From: Diplonema japonicum
Lineage: Eukaryota > Protista > Euglenozoa: Diplonemea
Reading direction: 5' to 3'
Assembly (NCBI GenBank): GCA_964019335.1
Contig: OZ025676.1
Span: 1-64,000, forward strand
Length of the DNA: 64,000 bases
Shown here: one piece after another, positions 23,904 through 35,186 of the stretch
Layout of the letters: the number at the start of each line of letters is the position of its first letter
Position numbering within the stretch: position 1 is the first letter of the stretch
Notes under the pieces: generated by a model
What the model was told of the DNA's origin: nothing
Seen by the model: the letters and a program-made list of their open reading frames with translations, nothing else
Databases searched by the model: none
Position numbers and translations under genes: made by a program

Positions 23904-23958
23904 GTGTATAATTACCTGATGGGTTATGTTGCGGTAGCAAAAAAACGCGGATTAACAA

Positions 23959-25320
23959 TCACTGTGCATGGTACAGTACTGATGTGTCTACGTCGTCCGT
24001 CCACGATGGTTTGAAGTTCCCATACGGGTTCTCCCACTGCCATGACAGCCTGTCGGCTGTGACAATGCGCATGTTGATCAAAACGGTTTTCCCTTTCAAT
24101 TCCTTCAAATGCTGCAGCGCAGCACGTGCCTCACTCGAGATGTCCGATATTCTCTGTATAAACGTGTCAACGTATTGCCTTGCATACCGTCAAGACACTC
24201 CGCTTCAGGTAGTCTGAGGCCACCGTCACCAGACAGTCGATTCTTAACTCGCCCCGCTGCATAGTCCATCCGAATATTTTCAATTGGCAGTACTGTGGAA
24301 ATGTGGTTGTGTCTTTTTTCTACATACCTTACTCGACATCCATTTCTCTGTGTTAACATCTTTGATGACCTTCTCGAAAATCACATTCTCAGCTAATTCT
24401 ATCAAATTCTGATTTGTTGTCCTCCCTTTCTTGAATCGCCACGATCCCGGCTGACTCAGCGTCGTCAGCAACCCACGGAGTTGAGTGTAACTTGATGGTG
24501 TATCCCTTGCAGTCGCAACGACCTTCTTGAAGTGTGTTCTTGACTTAAGAATTTGCTCTTTCATGTCCTGAAGCGCCACTTCTTTTTGTTCTCGGTTTCG
24601 CGTCCTCGTGCTGTCGCGGTCGGACCGTGTCACCACTGCGATGACAGGCAGCCGCTTATTGAGAGCGTTCAAACGGTTGTCAAGTCCCTCGAAGAGGTCG
24701 TAGTTGTCTCTGTGCAGCACGGCACCACTTGCCGAGTCGCAGGCCACGATAACAGCATCCGCGTGATACAGCGACTCCCATGCTGCTTCTGTCGTCAGCA
24801 TGCGCCGTTTGGCTTCGATGGTCCGTTCGGTACTGCTCTTGTTGTTGATGTAGTGCAGGGGTGAGATAGGGGGGGTGTCAAGTAAAAGTATTTGTGTATT
24901 ACTAGCAGTGACGCAGCCGAGCATCCAGCGCCGTGTGGAATAAGCACGCGTCGAGACGGGGCACACGTGGTCCCCAATTAAATTGTTCACCAAAGACGAC
25001 TTACCGGCATTGCTCAGCCCCAGCACCGCGACCCGCAATACACGAGCGTTCTCGGGCTGATCCGGCTCCTCCACTACCACCATTTTCTCCGCCGCTTCCA
25101 CTGCAGAAGTGAAATTCTGCTTTTCATAAACCTTGCCCACCTCCTCCTTCCCCTTGCCGTACCCCGACATCACCCGCTGCTTTTGATGGTTTGCCCTCTC
25201 ATATGCTATTTCCAGCTTCTTTTGAACATCAGCACCTATCGCCTTTTCTGAATTCCATTTCGGGCCACCCGATTGCCATCGCAGCCATCTTGACACAAGC
25301 TGCTGGTTCACCCTCTTCAT
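23959..25320 (-). CDS. Era-like GTPase (ERAL1-like, probably mitochondrial) with degenerate G3/G4 motifs; 2 introns
   Basis: LRVAVLGLSNAGKSSLVN, VSTRAYSTRR, TQILLLDTP, PGSW, IFEK; basic N-terminal presequence-like segment. Confidence 0.8.
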
Positions 25321-25385
25321 CTCCTGTTGGTGGACGTTTAAAATGCTATACAATAAAGCGACACAAAATCTTAAATTTAAACTTC

Positions 25386-27455
25386 CTAACGACTGAGCAA
25401 GGGCGTCTCTTCCTCAAGGTCGTCACTGTTCGTTGTGTCAAAGGGGAGAAAGGGCCCAATGAAAGCAGCAGGATAGTCCGAAACATCATAATCTGTGTCA
25501 GTCACCGCGCGAGGCTTCATGAAAAAGTCCTCTTCATCCTGCGACTCGTCAAAAATATCATCCAAAGTTAGACTTTTCTTATAAAGAAGAATGCTAATAA
25601 TAATGACAATAAGGGTCAGTAACAAAGACAACCCATCGGAGATAAAGGGGAACACAAAATAACTCGCGGCAGAACCAATACCGCTCCATAGCTTCATGTT
25701 TGCAAAAGCTGAATCCAACCATTTGGGGTGGCTCACGTACAGCGAAGCGTGGACAGCGGTGGCGGTACCCTGCCACACACTGAACCCCATGCCGTGGAGG
25801 ATATAAGCAAGCACCAGTGCTGGGGTGGTAAGGTATTGTGAAGGAAGAACGAGGAAAATAAGACACTCTAGAGACCAGGCAACAGTCCCGACAGTCATGA
25901 CCAACGGCCTACCTAGCCTCGATGCACAGAAAACAAAAATAGGAGAAAACAACGCAGCAGCAACACCCTGCAGGGCGACAAAATACCCTATTACTGACAC
26001 ACCATAGAGCGGTTTGACAACTTTCGCGTTGACGTAGTAGGACATTACAGCCACCATCATACCCATAGCCATGTTGCAGGGGACAAGGTACAGGATGCGC
26101 TTATCGAGAAACACCAACGACAATGTATCAGGATGTTCAGGGTGTCGGGTTTCCCATCGCGAGGGGCGCCCAGACAGCTTGTTCTTGCCATTCGTCGGCG
26201 ACGAACAACTGCTCGACCGCTTCCTGCCGTCGTCCTCGCGCAGCATTGTTATGATGCTATTAAGTGTCTCCAGTGGCACAGCTTGATTGTCGTGGGCCCT
26301 CATCCTCCGAGGGCACGGCATGCTTCCTGACAGAGCAGTGGCCCCGGCAGCTGCCAGCAACAGCGACACATACATAACATTTGCACCATACATCGAGAGC
26401 AGCAACGACGACAGGAGGTAGGCACACGGGATAGAAAGCTGGAAAATACTGTTGAAAAGACCTGAGAGGACGTCCAGAGCCTCCGCGTGCTTTACCTTCC
26501 TGTCTTCTGTTGCTGTTTTCACATTATCGATAATAGTCTTGCGGGTGTTGACTTTCGCGTGTTTAGCTGTATCTTGATTCTGAAAGCTCCGTGACACAAG
26601 CTCAGCTACCTTCTGATGATTGTTGCTGACAATGTACTGCTCTGCGGAGCGTGACAAGTAAGATCCTTCGGCTGTCCATAGCACGGCACCACCGGCTCCC
26701 GCTAGAAGGGAGAACAAGCACAGAAGCAGCTCTAGGAGAGTCGAAACATCATATGCGTTGCAAAGAGAGGTAGTTGCGATGTAGCAAACGAAAGAGCACA
26801 GGCCCAGCACTAGGGCGGGTTTGGGGGTCATGTAAGAAACTATTTGTGGCGAGCGCAGCGTGGTGAACGCGAAGCTGAGGTAGATTAGACCGGACGTGAG
26901 GGTACCTATTTTCATCCCCAACATTGCGGGTGCAATGGCAACAGTCGACACAAAGCAAGCCTCGACGATGCTGAAGCCCAAGGCTACAGTGCCAAACGAA
27001 ACGAGAGTTTGGAATTTCTTGTTGCTATTTTGCTTGATGTACATCGGTATGCTCTTGAAGTCGGGGTGATGGCCGGGGTAGAGCGAGCGAAAGCCGTATG
27101 TGCACATATTACCAGGGCCCATTACAAACACACCACCTGGCAGCTCCTCTTTCCTGTCACCTGTTGAGAGCATCATGTGAAAGATCAGAGAGTCTTCACT
27201 GGAGTCGATGAAAATGTCTCCACTAAAGCCTGATTGATTCTTCCATTTAATCGCAGCTTCTGTGCTCCCAGTGGTCACAATCACCGTTTGTAAATCATGC
27301 TCCGACAAGACGGGGATAGACGCTACCAAATCGCTAAACTGCTTTCTGTAAAAAAACCTGTATTCTAACTGCCTCACAAGTACTACTAACACCACCTTTT
27401 CATGCCACAATGATGTCACATCTCTAGGGCAACCTTTCTCGTCATAAATTAGCAT
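25386..27455 (-). CDS. UNC-93-like MFS membrane protein with an N-terminal peroxiredoxin-like-2 (AhpC/TSA_2) domain
   Basis: LLAGAGGAVLWTAEGSYLS and AFANMKLW (UNC-93). N-terminus DEKG...TSLW..KVVLVVLVR...IFID...LPGGVFVMGPG...PGHHP. Confidence 0.8.
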   Translation of the reverse strand: MLIYDEKGCPRDVTSLWHEKVVLVVLVRQLEYRFFYRKQFSDLVASIPVLSEHDLQTVIVTTGSTEAAIKWKNQSGFSGDIFIDSSEDSLIFHMMLSTGDRKEELPGGVFVMGPGNMCTYGFRSLYPGHHPDFKSIPMYIKQNSNKKFQTLVSFGTVALGFSIVEACFVSTVAIAPAMLGMKIGTLTSGLIYLSFAFTTLRSPQIVSYMTPKPALVLGLCSFVCYIATTSLCNAYDVSTLLELLLCLFSLLAGAGGAVLWTAEGSYLSRSAEQYIVSNNHQKVAELVSRSFQNQDTAKHAKVNTRKTIIDNVKTATEDRKVKHAEALDVLSGLFNSIFQLSIPCAYLLSSLLLSMYGANVMYVSLLLAAAGATALSGSMPCPRRMRAHDNQAVPLETLNSIITMLREDDGRKRSSSCSSPTNGKNKLSGRPSRWETRHPEHPDTLSLVFLDKRILYLVPCNMAMGMMVAVMSYYVNAKVVKPLYGVSVIGYFVALQGVAAALFSPIFVFCASRLGRPLVMTVGTVAWSLECLIFLVLPSQYLTTPALVLAYILHGMGFSVWQGTATAVHASLYVSHPKWLDSAFANMKLWSGIGSAASYFVFPFISDGLSLLLTLIVIIISILLYKKSLTLDDIFDESQDEEDFFMKPRAVTDTDYDVSDYPAAFIGPFLPFDTTNSDDLEEETPLLSR

Positions 27456-27503
27456 CTACTGTGCAACAGTGAAGGGTGGTAACACAACGACAAAAAAAAA
27501 TAA

Positions 27504-27670
27504 GAGATGAGATAACGCAGGTTCCTGTTATGGAACGCCCCAGTCTTTCCTTGTCTACCCCTTTCCCTTTCTGGGGCCTCGGTCCTTCTTTCCTGCCATT
27601 CTCAAAGTGTCTTCCCTTTTTTCTTTACCACTTCCTTGCCTAGTTTCTTGAGTTTCTTCTTGGAATTCTC
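27504..27670 (-). mobile_element. Divergent relative of the short retroposon family
   Basis: Purine-rich body, then GGGC-GTTCC-loop-GGAAC...TCTCATCTC on the minus strand. Same position about 40 nt upstream of an acceptor; TSD not clear. Confidence 0.4.
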
Positions 27671-27708
27671 ATTTAAAACGGAGGAACTAGTCGTTGTTGG
27701 TACGCGGT

Positions 27709-28464
27709 CTATACATGCTGCCACTGAAATGTTCCATATGCTGCCCCGTTGCTGCAGGAGTGGGCCTTTGTATACGCCCAAGACCTACGCACCAGTGCCA
27801 CGATGCTGACGACTGTTACGAAGGAGATGGTGAAAACGAGCAAAGGGGCGCTTGGGAGGAGATGCGAGATTTTCCAAAATCGGTTCTCGAGTGCGTGCGA
27901 AGCGATTATCATGGTAAGCACACCAAGTATGACAGACACAAGAGAAGCGTGGTGGGAGGTGACGGTAGTAGTGAAACCGATTATAGTTAGAAAAGCAGGG
28001 CCGGCCACGAGAGCCAACAATTGTGTGCCTGATGATTCGCTTTTAGGATTGAGGCCGAACGTGAAGGTGACCCACAGCCCCGTTACTGCCGCCGCACAAG
28101 TGACAAAGGAACCACGTATACTGCTTAAAGGGAAAGCCTTCTGCGTCATGTCAACCATAACTAGTCCCAAGAACACGAACAGCATGTTGACAGCTGTACT
28201 AAAACCCATTGATCTATCCCAGCCGTCACCAGATAGCCTCCACGTCACAATCAACACACCACTGCACACAGTAGCCAGCATCATGTTAATGAACAACTTG
28301 CCCCTTGCTACGTGCTGCGTAAAGTCACTCAACAACAGCCATCCAATCGCCACGCACAGCACACTGACTATTGCATGCACCGCAAGCACGCTCACGAACA
28401 AATAGGCACCATCAAAGCAAACCTCATGCCGCAAGATAAGCGTCGTAGCACATGTGCCCTGCAT
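27709..28464 (-). CDS. Hypothetical membrane protein, about 7 TM segments
   Basis: Long hydrophobic open frame; start uncertain. Confidence 0.6.
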   Translation of the reverse strand: MQGTCATTLILRHEVCFDGAYLFVSVLAVHAIVSVLCVAIGWLLLSDFTQHVARGKLFINMMLATVCSGVLIVTWRLSGDGWDRSMGFSTAVNMLFVFLGLVMVDMTQKAFPLSSIRGSFVTCAAAVTGLWVTFTFGLNPKSESSGTQLLALVAGPAFLTIIGFTTTVTSHHASLVSVILGVLTMIIASHALENRFWKISHLLPSAPLLVFTISFVTVVSIVALVRRSWAYTKAHSCSNGAAYGTFQWQHV

Positions 28465-28663
28465 CGCCCTGTGTGGTGTGACCAGGGTAACGCATTGCCA
28501 CTTCGGTTTCTTCTTTCTGTCGAGGGCCTGGCAATGGAATAAACTAAGCAAATAGCAAGAAGGTTCATGTGCTTAGCAGAGCACTGGCAAAGGCACTCAG
28601 TCCCATGTACTGCACGGAGTAAGCTAGAGATAAATAAATACAGCTGCTCGTAAAGGCAGTCGG

Positions 28664-30307
28664 TCATCGCTTTCGTCTGTATTTGCTTTATGGATTTACA
28701 TGGATATATAAATACCTTTTCGACTCCTGGGACTCCTCAGACTTACTCCGCTTGCAGCTCCCTGGGGTGCGCTTCTGGAACTCCTCAAGCTGCCTGTCGA
28801 GCGCATCACGCTGTATCTGCTTGGATGACGGCTTTGGTGCCTGTGTGGGTTACACGTCCCGTGCTGCATACCGATAGCCTGCATGCTTGGAGGAGCGCTA
28901 AAGCGTGCTCTTTATTTTCGTTTTTAACCTCTGTCGGGCTCGCAGGCTCCGGCGGCGGGGGAGTAGGTGTTAGTGTCCGTTGCCTCCCATTCGGGAAACC
29001 GCCAAAGTTGACAACAAAGCAACCATCGTCATCTTCGTCATCATCCTCTGTCTTTAGCACCACTAGGTCGCACTCTGTCTTGACTACAACCACTGGGTCG
29101 TCTTCGGTCCTTACCACTATCATGGGTTCATCCTCTGTCTTTACCATTACCATCGGTTCATCCTCTGTCTTGACCGCCACCATCGGGGGAGAGTCCACGC
29201 TTTTCGCTCGCCCAGGCGGCACCTTCGTCTTGTTGCTGTTGGTAATTAGAGTAATGGCCTCTTTCTGTTGCTGGCTGAGCCGTCCATTTTTCGGCGGTCT
29301 CTGCCCGAAAACGACTGGCTGATCCAATTTGACTTCGTTCCTGCGTAGCGTTCGTGTGCGGGCAGACATACCTCCCGGTTAGGTCGAAGGTGGTCTTGTT
29401 CCGTTTATTCTCGTACAGGTACGCCTTAAGGGTCGTGCCATGCTCGTACGGGCACTGCGTCCTTGTGCAGCCACATGCCTGTAACGTGTTGCGTTGTGTG
29501 AGGGTGGTATACCATCCTGAAGTACTTGCAAGGCTCGGCGATCTTAGGAACATGAAGCACGCCGTTGCAGGTGGCATGGTCGGAATCGATGCGGCTCTCC
29601 ACATAGCTTTGGGCTGCCTGCAGCGACGCCAGTTTCACAGAAGCCTGTGACAAGGTCAAACCACAAAAGGCAAGCATACCTCCTTAAGGATCTTGTTGCG
29701 GTGCGCTGCTTGCCATCTTGCAAAGGCATTCTCGTCGGGCACTTGCAGCGAGCCACTTTGTGATTGTTTATTTACTCTTTTGTTTTATGTTTCAGCAAAT
29801 ACCTCAATTCCTTGAAAAGCCTCGCCTCTTCTTCCTTCAGCTCGTCGTCATCAGCGAAAGGCGCTCCTAGATCCTGCGCCGCGTTCGGAGGGGCCGGCGA
29901 GGGCGGGTTGGGTGTAGAAGGTGCTGAGTTACGTGAGAGAGGCGAGAGAGGGAAGTTCAGTAGCTGGGATTTGTTGTCATGCTGGGACTGTGGCGAGGAT
30001 GGATGATTTGTGGAGAAAGCAAGCGGTCTAGAGATTTGCCCTACCTACAAGGAAAGGGGTCACAGACCAGGGGATGACATACCTTGCTGTTGCCCATTTG
30101 CATGGCACCAACTGTGTTCATAGCAGAGGGGGGTGACTGTACCCCTTGCATAAAACCGTTTATATTATTTTTAGAAAACTGCGGCGACAGTGATCCTTGC
30201 AGCGCGTTGGCCACCCCTAGCGCCTGCCCGTTGAGGGACGTCAAGAGGTACCCATTGCTATTGGTGTTGGGACCCCCTCCCCCTCCATTCCCTCCTCGAT
30301 ACATCAT
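28664..30307 (-). CDS. Multi-exon nuclear-type protein with a CCCH-like finger, tandem VKTE repeats and a FoP/Chtop-like tail
   Basis: Seven short introns give one frame: MMYRGG...CKYFRM|ACGCTRTQCPYEH...VKTEDEP-like repeats x5...ALDRQLEEFQK...RRKR*. Confidence 0.65.
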
Positions 30308-30602
30308 ACAGTGCTTCTTCTCTTCCTTGTCTTGTTGGCTAAAGAATCTACGTAAGTGTTGCTTTTGCTCCTTTTTCTTCTTTGGTTTGGATTCCCCTTA
30401 TTTTGTTTTGTTGTGTCTTTTTTCTTCTTCTTTTTTTGTCTTTCTTTTTATTTCTATCTTTCAGGCTCCAGTTTTTAGCACAATCTCATCTTTTTATACT
30501 GTTGTATATTGCACTGTTGGGGGGTGGTGGGGTACTGGTTAAAGCCACACGGCTGGTTCAACAAATAAAACTTTCTTCTCCTTAACTGATATTATGATCG
30601 GG

Positions 30603-31092
30603 TCACAGCAACTTATCAACAGGCAGATTGATGGGGGGGAGAATGTCATCACAGTCAATGTCTGGCACATCCTGTGTGTTCATTTTATTTCTTCTTTTCT
30701 TTTTTGGTTTGTTCCATACTGTGACAGTGTAACCCATAAGGTCAAAACCACCTTTTTTCGCAATGATAGTAGTATTCTGCCCCACCTTGACCCGGTACCA
30801 CACCTTGGCGTGGGGAACTTCAGTTGTTAATGTGGATAATATTGCTGTACCACAGTCCGTAGTAACCTAGTAAGTGTGAGTACCACGCCCACCATCAATC
30901 ACTTCATACCAATAATCTTGCCTCCTCACTCTTCTCACTAAGAGCAACGTTCGTAAGCACCAAATCCTTGTCTTCAAAACCCACCGTCACCTTCTCACCC
31001 TCTTTCAGCGACTTCCCCCAGAAGTTCGTCGGTGGCACCAGCAACCTGTCCACTACATTCGGGTGCATTCCATCCGCTAGCTGCTTTGCCAT
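30603..31092 (-). CDS. Nucleoplasmin-like (NPL) domain protein
   Basis: FWGKSLKEG...LVLTNVAL...ILSTL...FDLMGY. Confidence 0.65.
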
Positions 31093-31211
31093 TCTCTTTA
31101 ATTCACCTGTGAAAAGACTAGCAATTCTTCTCGGGGGGGGGGGGGGTAAAAAGAAAAAACAATTGAAACAAATTAACTAAGACATTTCTTTTATAGAATA
31201 GTTGTTTCAGT

Positions 31212-32636
31212 TCAGAGTCTCTTGATGTGCGCAATGCTCTCTTCCGTGATACGCGTGTTGTCTTTGTAAGTATGCGTGATCGCATCTTGCACTTTCAAGT
31301 TCGGTCGGGTCCAGGATTTCGGCATTTTCTCCTTCACCTTGACAAGAAAAAAAATTATAGTAAAATGTTGAAATCCACACCTCCACAGCATCAAACTCGA
31401 CCGCCACGAAACCAGAGGTCTTAGACCGAACCCAGTCGGCGGTTTTCTTAAGTCCCGCTTCGAGGGAGATAGGCGGGGGAGGGTTGAAGTAGCAACGGAT
31501 CTTTGCATGCCACGCCTTTTTTTTCATTTCTTTTTTAATTTCCCATACCTGCGCATGGTCCACCTCAAGCCTCCTGTCAAGGTGGATGGGCTTCGCCTGC
31601 TCACCAGAGACGCCCATTACCTTGGCCACCTTTTTTTTTCTCTTCTTTTTTCTCCCCGCTTCACCATACCAGCTCTGCGACTTCATTTAAATTATTGGGC
31701 TTATCGGACCCCACATTAAAGATCTGGTTGTAAGCTGTCCGGATGAGGGGCGACCTTGAGATCATGGGTGCCACGTCGTCAACGTACGAGAAGCAGCGTG
31801 TCTGAGGAAAGTGGTGGCAATAAAAACCTTTTTGAACAAACCTGCGAGCCGTCCCCGAAGACGGTCATCGGCTTGCTGTTAAGAATATTGTTCATGAATA
31901 TGCCGATCACGTTTCTGTACTTGTCGGCTATGTTCTGGTTGGGGCCGTACACATTGTGCGGCCGGAAGATGATGTAGTTCAAGCCGTACATCTCATGAGC
32001 AACCTTCAAGTCGAGCTCCATGCTGTACTTCGATATCCCATACGGGTCTTCAGGGAGGGGCGTCACCTTCTCCGTAAGGGGCAGAACAGGGTTGCTGCCG
32101 TAGACAGCTATCGACGAGGTGAAGACAAACGTGGTGGTCTTGTGCTTAATGGCCTGGTTGATGAGCTCAACCCCACCGAGCAGGTTGTTACGGTAATTGT
32201 AACTTCGAATGAAGTGTGAAAGCCCCTCTGCTGCGTATGCAGCAAGGTGATACACGTAGTCGAAGGGTCCATGCTTTTCAAACAGCAAGCTTATGGACGT
32301 CGCGTTCTTCACGTCGATAAGATAGAAGTCGATGCCCTCAGGGATGTTCTCCACAAACCCACCTGAGAGGTCGTCTATACCAACCACAGTCATGCCGAGC
32401 AGCGCACAGTGCTTGGCCACGTGGGACCCTATGAAGCCAGCCGCGCCTGTCACCAGCACCTTCTTTCCCATCCCGTTGTCGGCGTTCACGTCACCCGAGG
32501 GGTACCCCATAGAGTCGCAGGTTCCTTCCAACGATGGATCCTTCATACCCGTGGTGTTGACTTGTCGCATGTTGAACACCACCAACATCCCCATTGCACA
32601 CAGCAACAACCCTGCTACCGCATATTTCTTTACCAT
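31212..32636 (-). CDS. NAD-dependent nucleotide-sugar epimerase/dehydratase with an N-terminal signal anchor (4 introns)
   Basis: VTGAAGFIGSH, HLAAYAAEGLSHF, TSSIAVYG, PYGISK, RPHNVYGP. Confidence 0.9.
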
Positions 32637-33684
32637 GTCCCACCACAACCTTTAATAGAGAATTGCGACAAGAGGTGTTTTTTTTTTAATGAGTTTTATA
32701 TATATGTAAAAAACTATAAAAAGAAAGGGGAGGGTAGACAACAACACCGAATTTTTCTTTTTTTTTTCTTCTTCTTTTTTTGTTTTGTTGTTTTGAATTG
32801 CTCCTTTTCTTTTGTTCCCCTCCTTTTTTTCTTCTTTTCTTTCGTTCTAACTTTCGGGGAAGGAAGAGGGGAAAAAAAAAAAGAAAAAAAAGAAACTTCT
32901 AAGAACGCACGGAAAAGGAGGGGAAACATAATAATAAAACACACAAGACCCTGATGGGGGATCACTCAGGCGGAGCAACAACACGAAGAACGAAACGTCT
33001 TTAATTGGACCACAAGTGGGTTCACTCGTTCTTTTTTATTTTCTTTTTATCTTCCCTAGTTCTTGATGTCCTAACGCCGGCCACTCTCTCCCCATGTGGG
33101 TTATATCGAAAAAAGAAAGAGAAAAAAAAGAAAAAAAAAAACCAAAATTAACTTCTTCGAGGGTAGTTCTAGCCCCCTTTGTCTCCCACAAAAACGAGGA
33201 AGAAAAAAAAAAGAAAGGGGGAAAAAAAAACCCCCCAACAGTTCATCTCTCTGAAACGTTATATTATGCAAAATAAAATCAGTCTTAGTCCAAAGGGGGT
33301 TCTGACTAAAGAGGGGGGAGGTGTCATTCTTTTCTATAAAAAAAGAGAACTCGACCCCGCCCCCGCCTGAGCCCATTCCCGCCCATAGTTTTCAGCGAAA
33401 TATTTCTTACTTTCGAAAAAACACCTTAGAGATATGAGCACGTTGGAAGAAGAAAAAAAAGATGTGTCTCTGAAGAGAACCCACAGCACGTGACAGGATT
33501 GCTAAAAAAGCTTTTACACTGTTTTCGTTATGAACACCCCCCCCATTTATTTTCTTATTCTTTTTCCCCCTCCGGAAAACGGGGGAGGGGGGGGGGAGGG
33601 AGGTGGTATATCTATGATGTCTATCCCAAAGATCTAACTAATTTTGTTTTTCTCGTTGATATTTTCTTTTTTTTTTCCCCTTCT

Positions 33685-34824
<1,140 letters not shown>

Positions 34825-35186
34825 CTTGATGCCCCCCTCTCTAGTAACGGTGTGGTGAGAAGAACGAAAAACAAAGGTGAATGATAGCCTCCGCAAGGAA
34901 AAAAAAAAAAAAAAGGAAAGGCATAGAAAAAATGTTTTTTCATTCCGCCTTTTTTGACACGAAGGTGAAGGAGAAAATAAAATGGCAAACGAAAAAAAAA
35001 AAAAAAAAAAAAAAAGAAATGACTGAAGAATCAAATGACCAACGAAATGGATACAAAAGAAGAAAAAATAGAGGGGAAGGAGGAAGAAGTTTTTTAAAAG
35101 ATAATAAAAAGAGAAAAAAAAGATGAGAATAAATGCATTAGGGGAGTAAGTGTGTCTCATTATTTGTTCTGATTCGTTTTCTTTCT

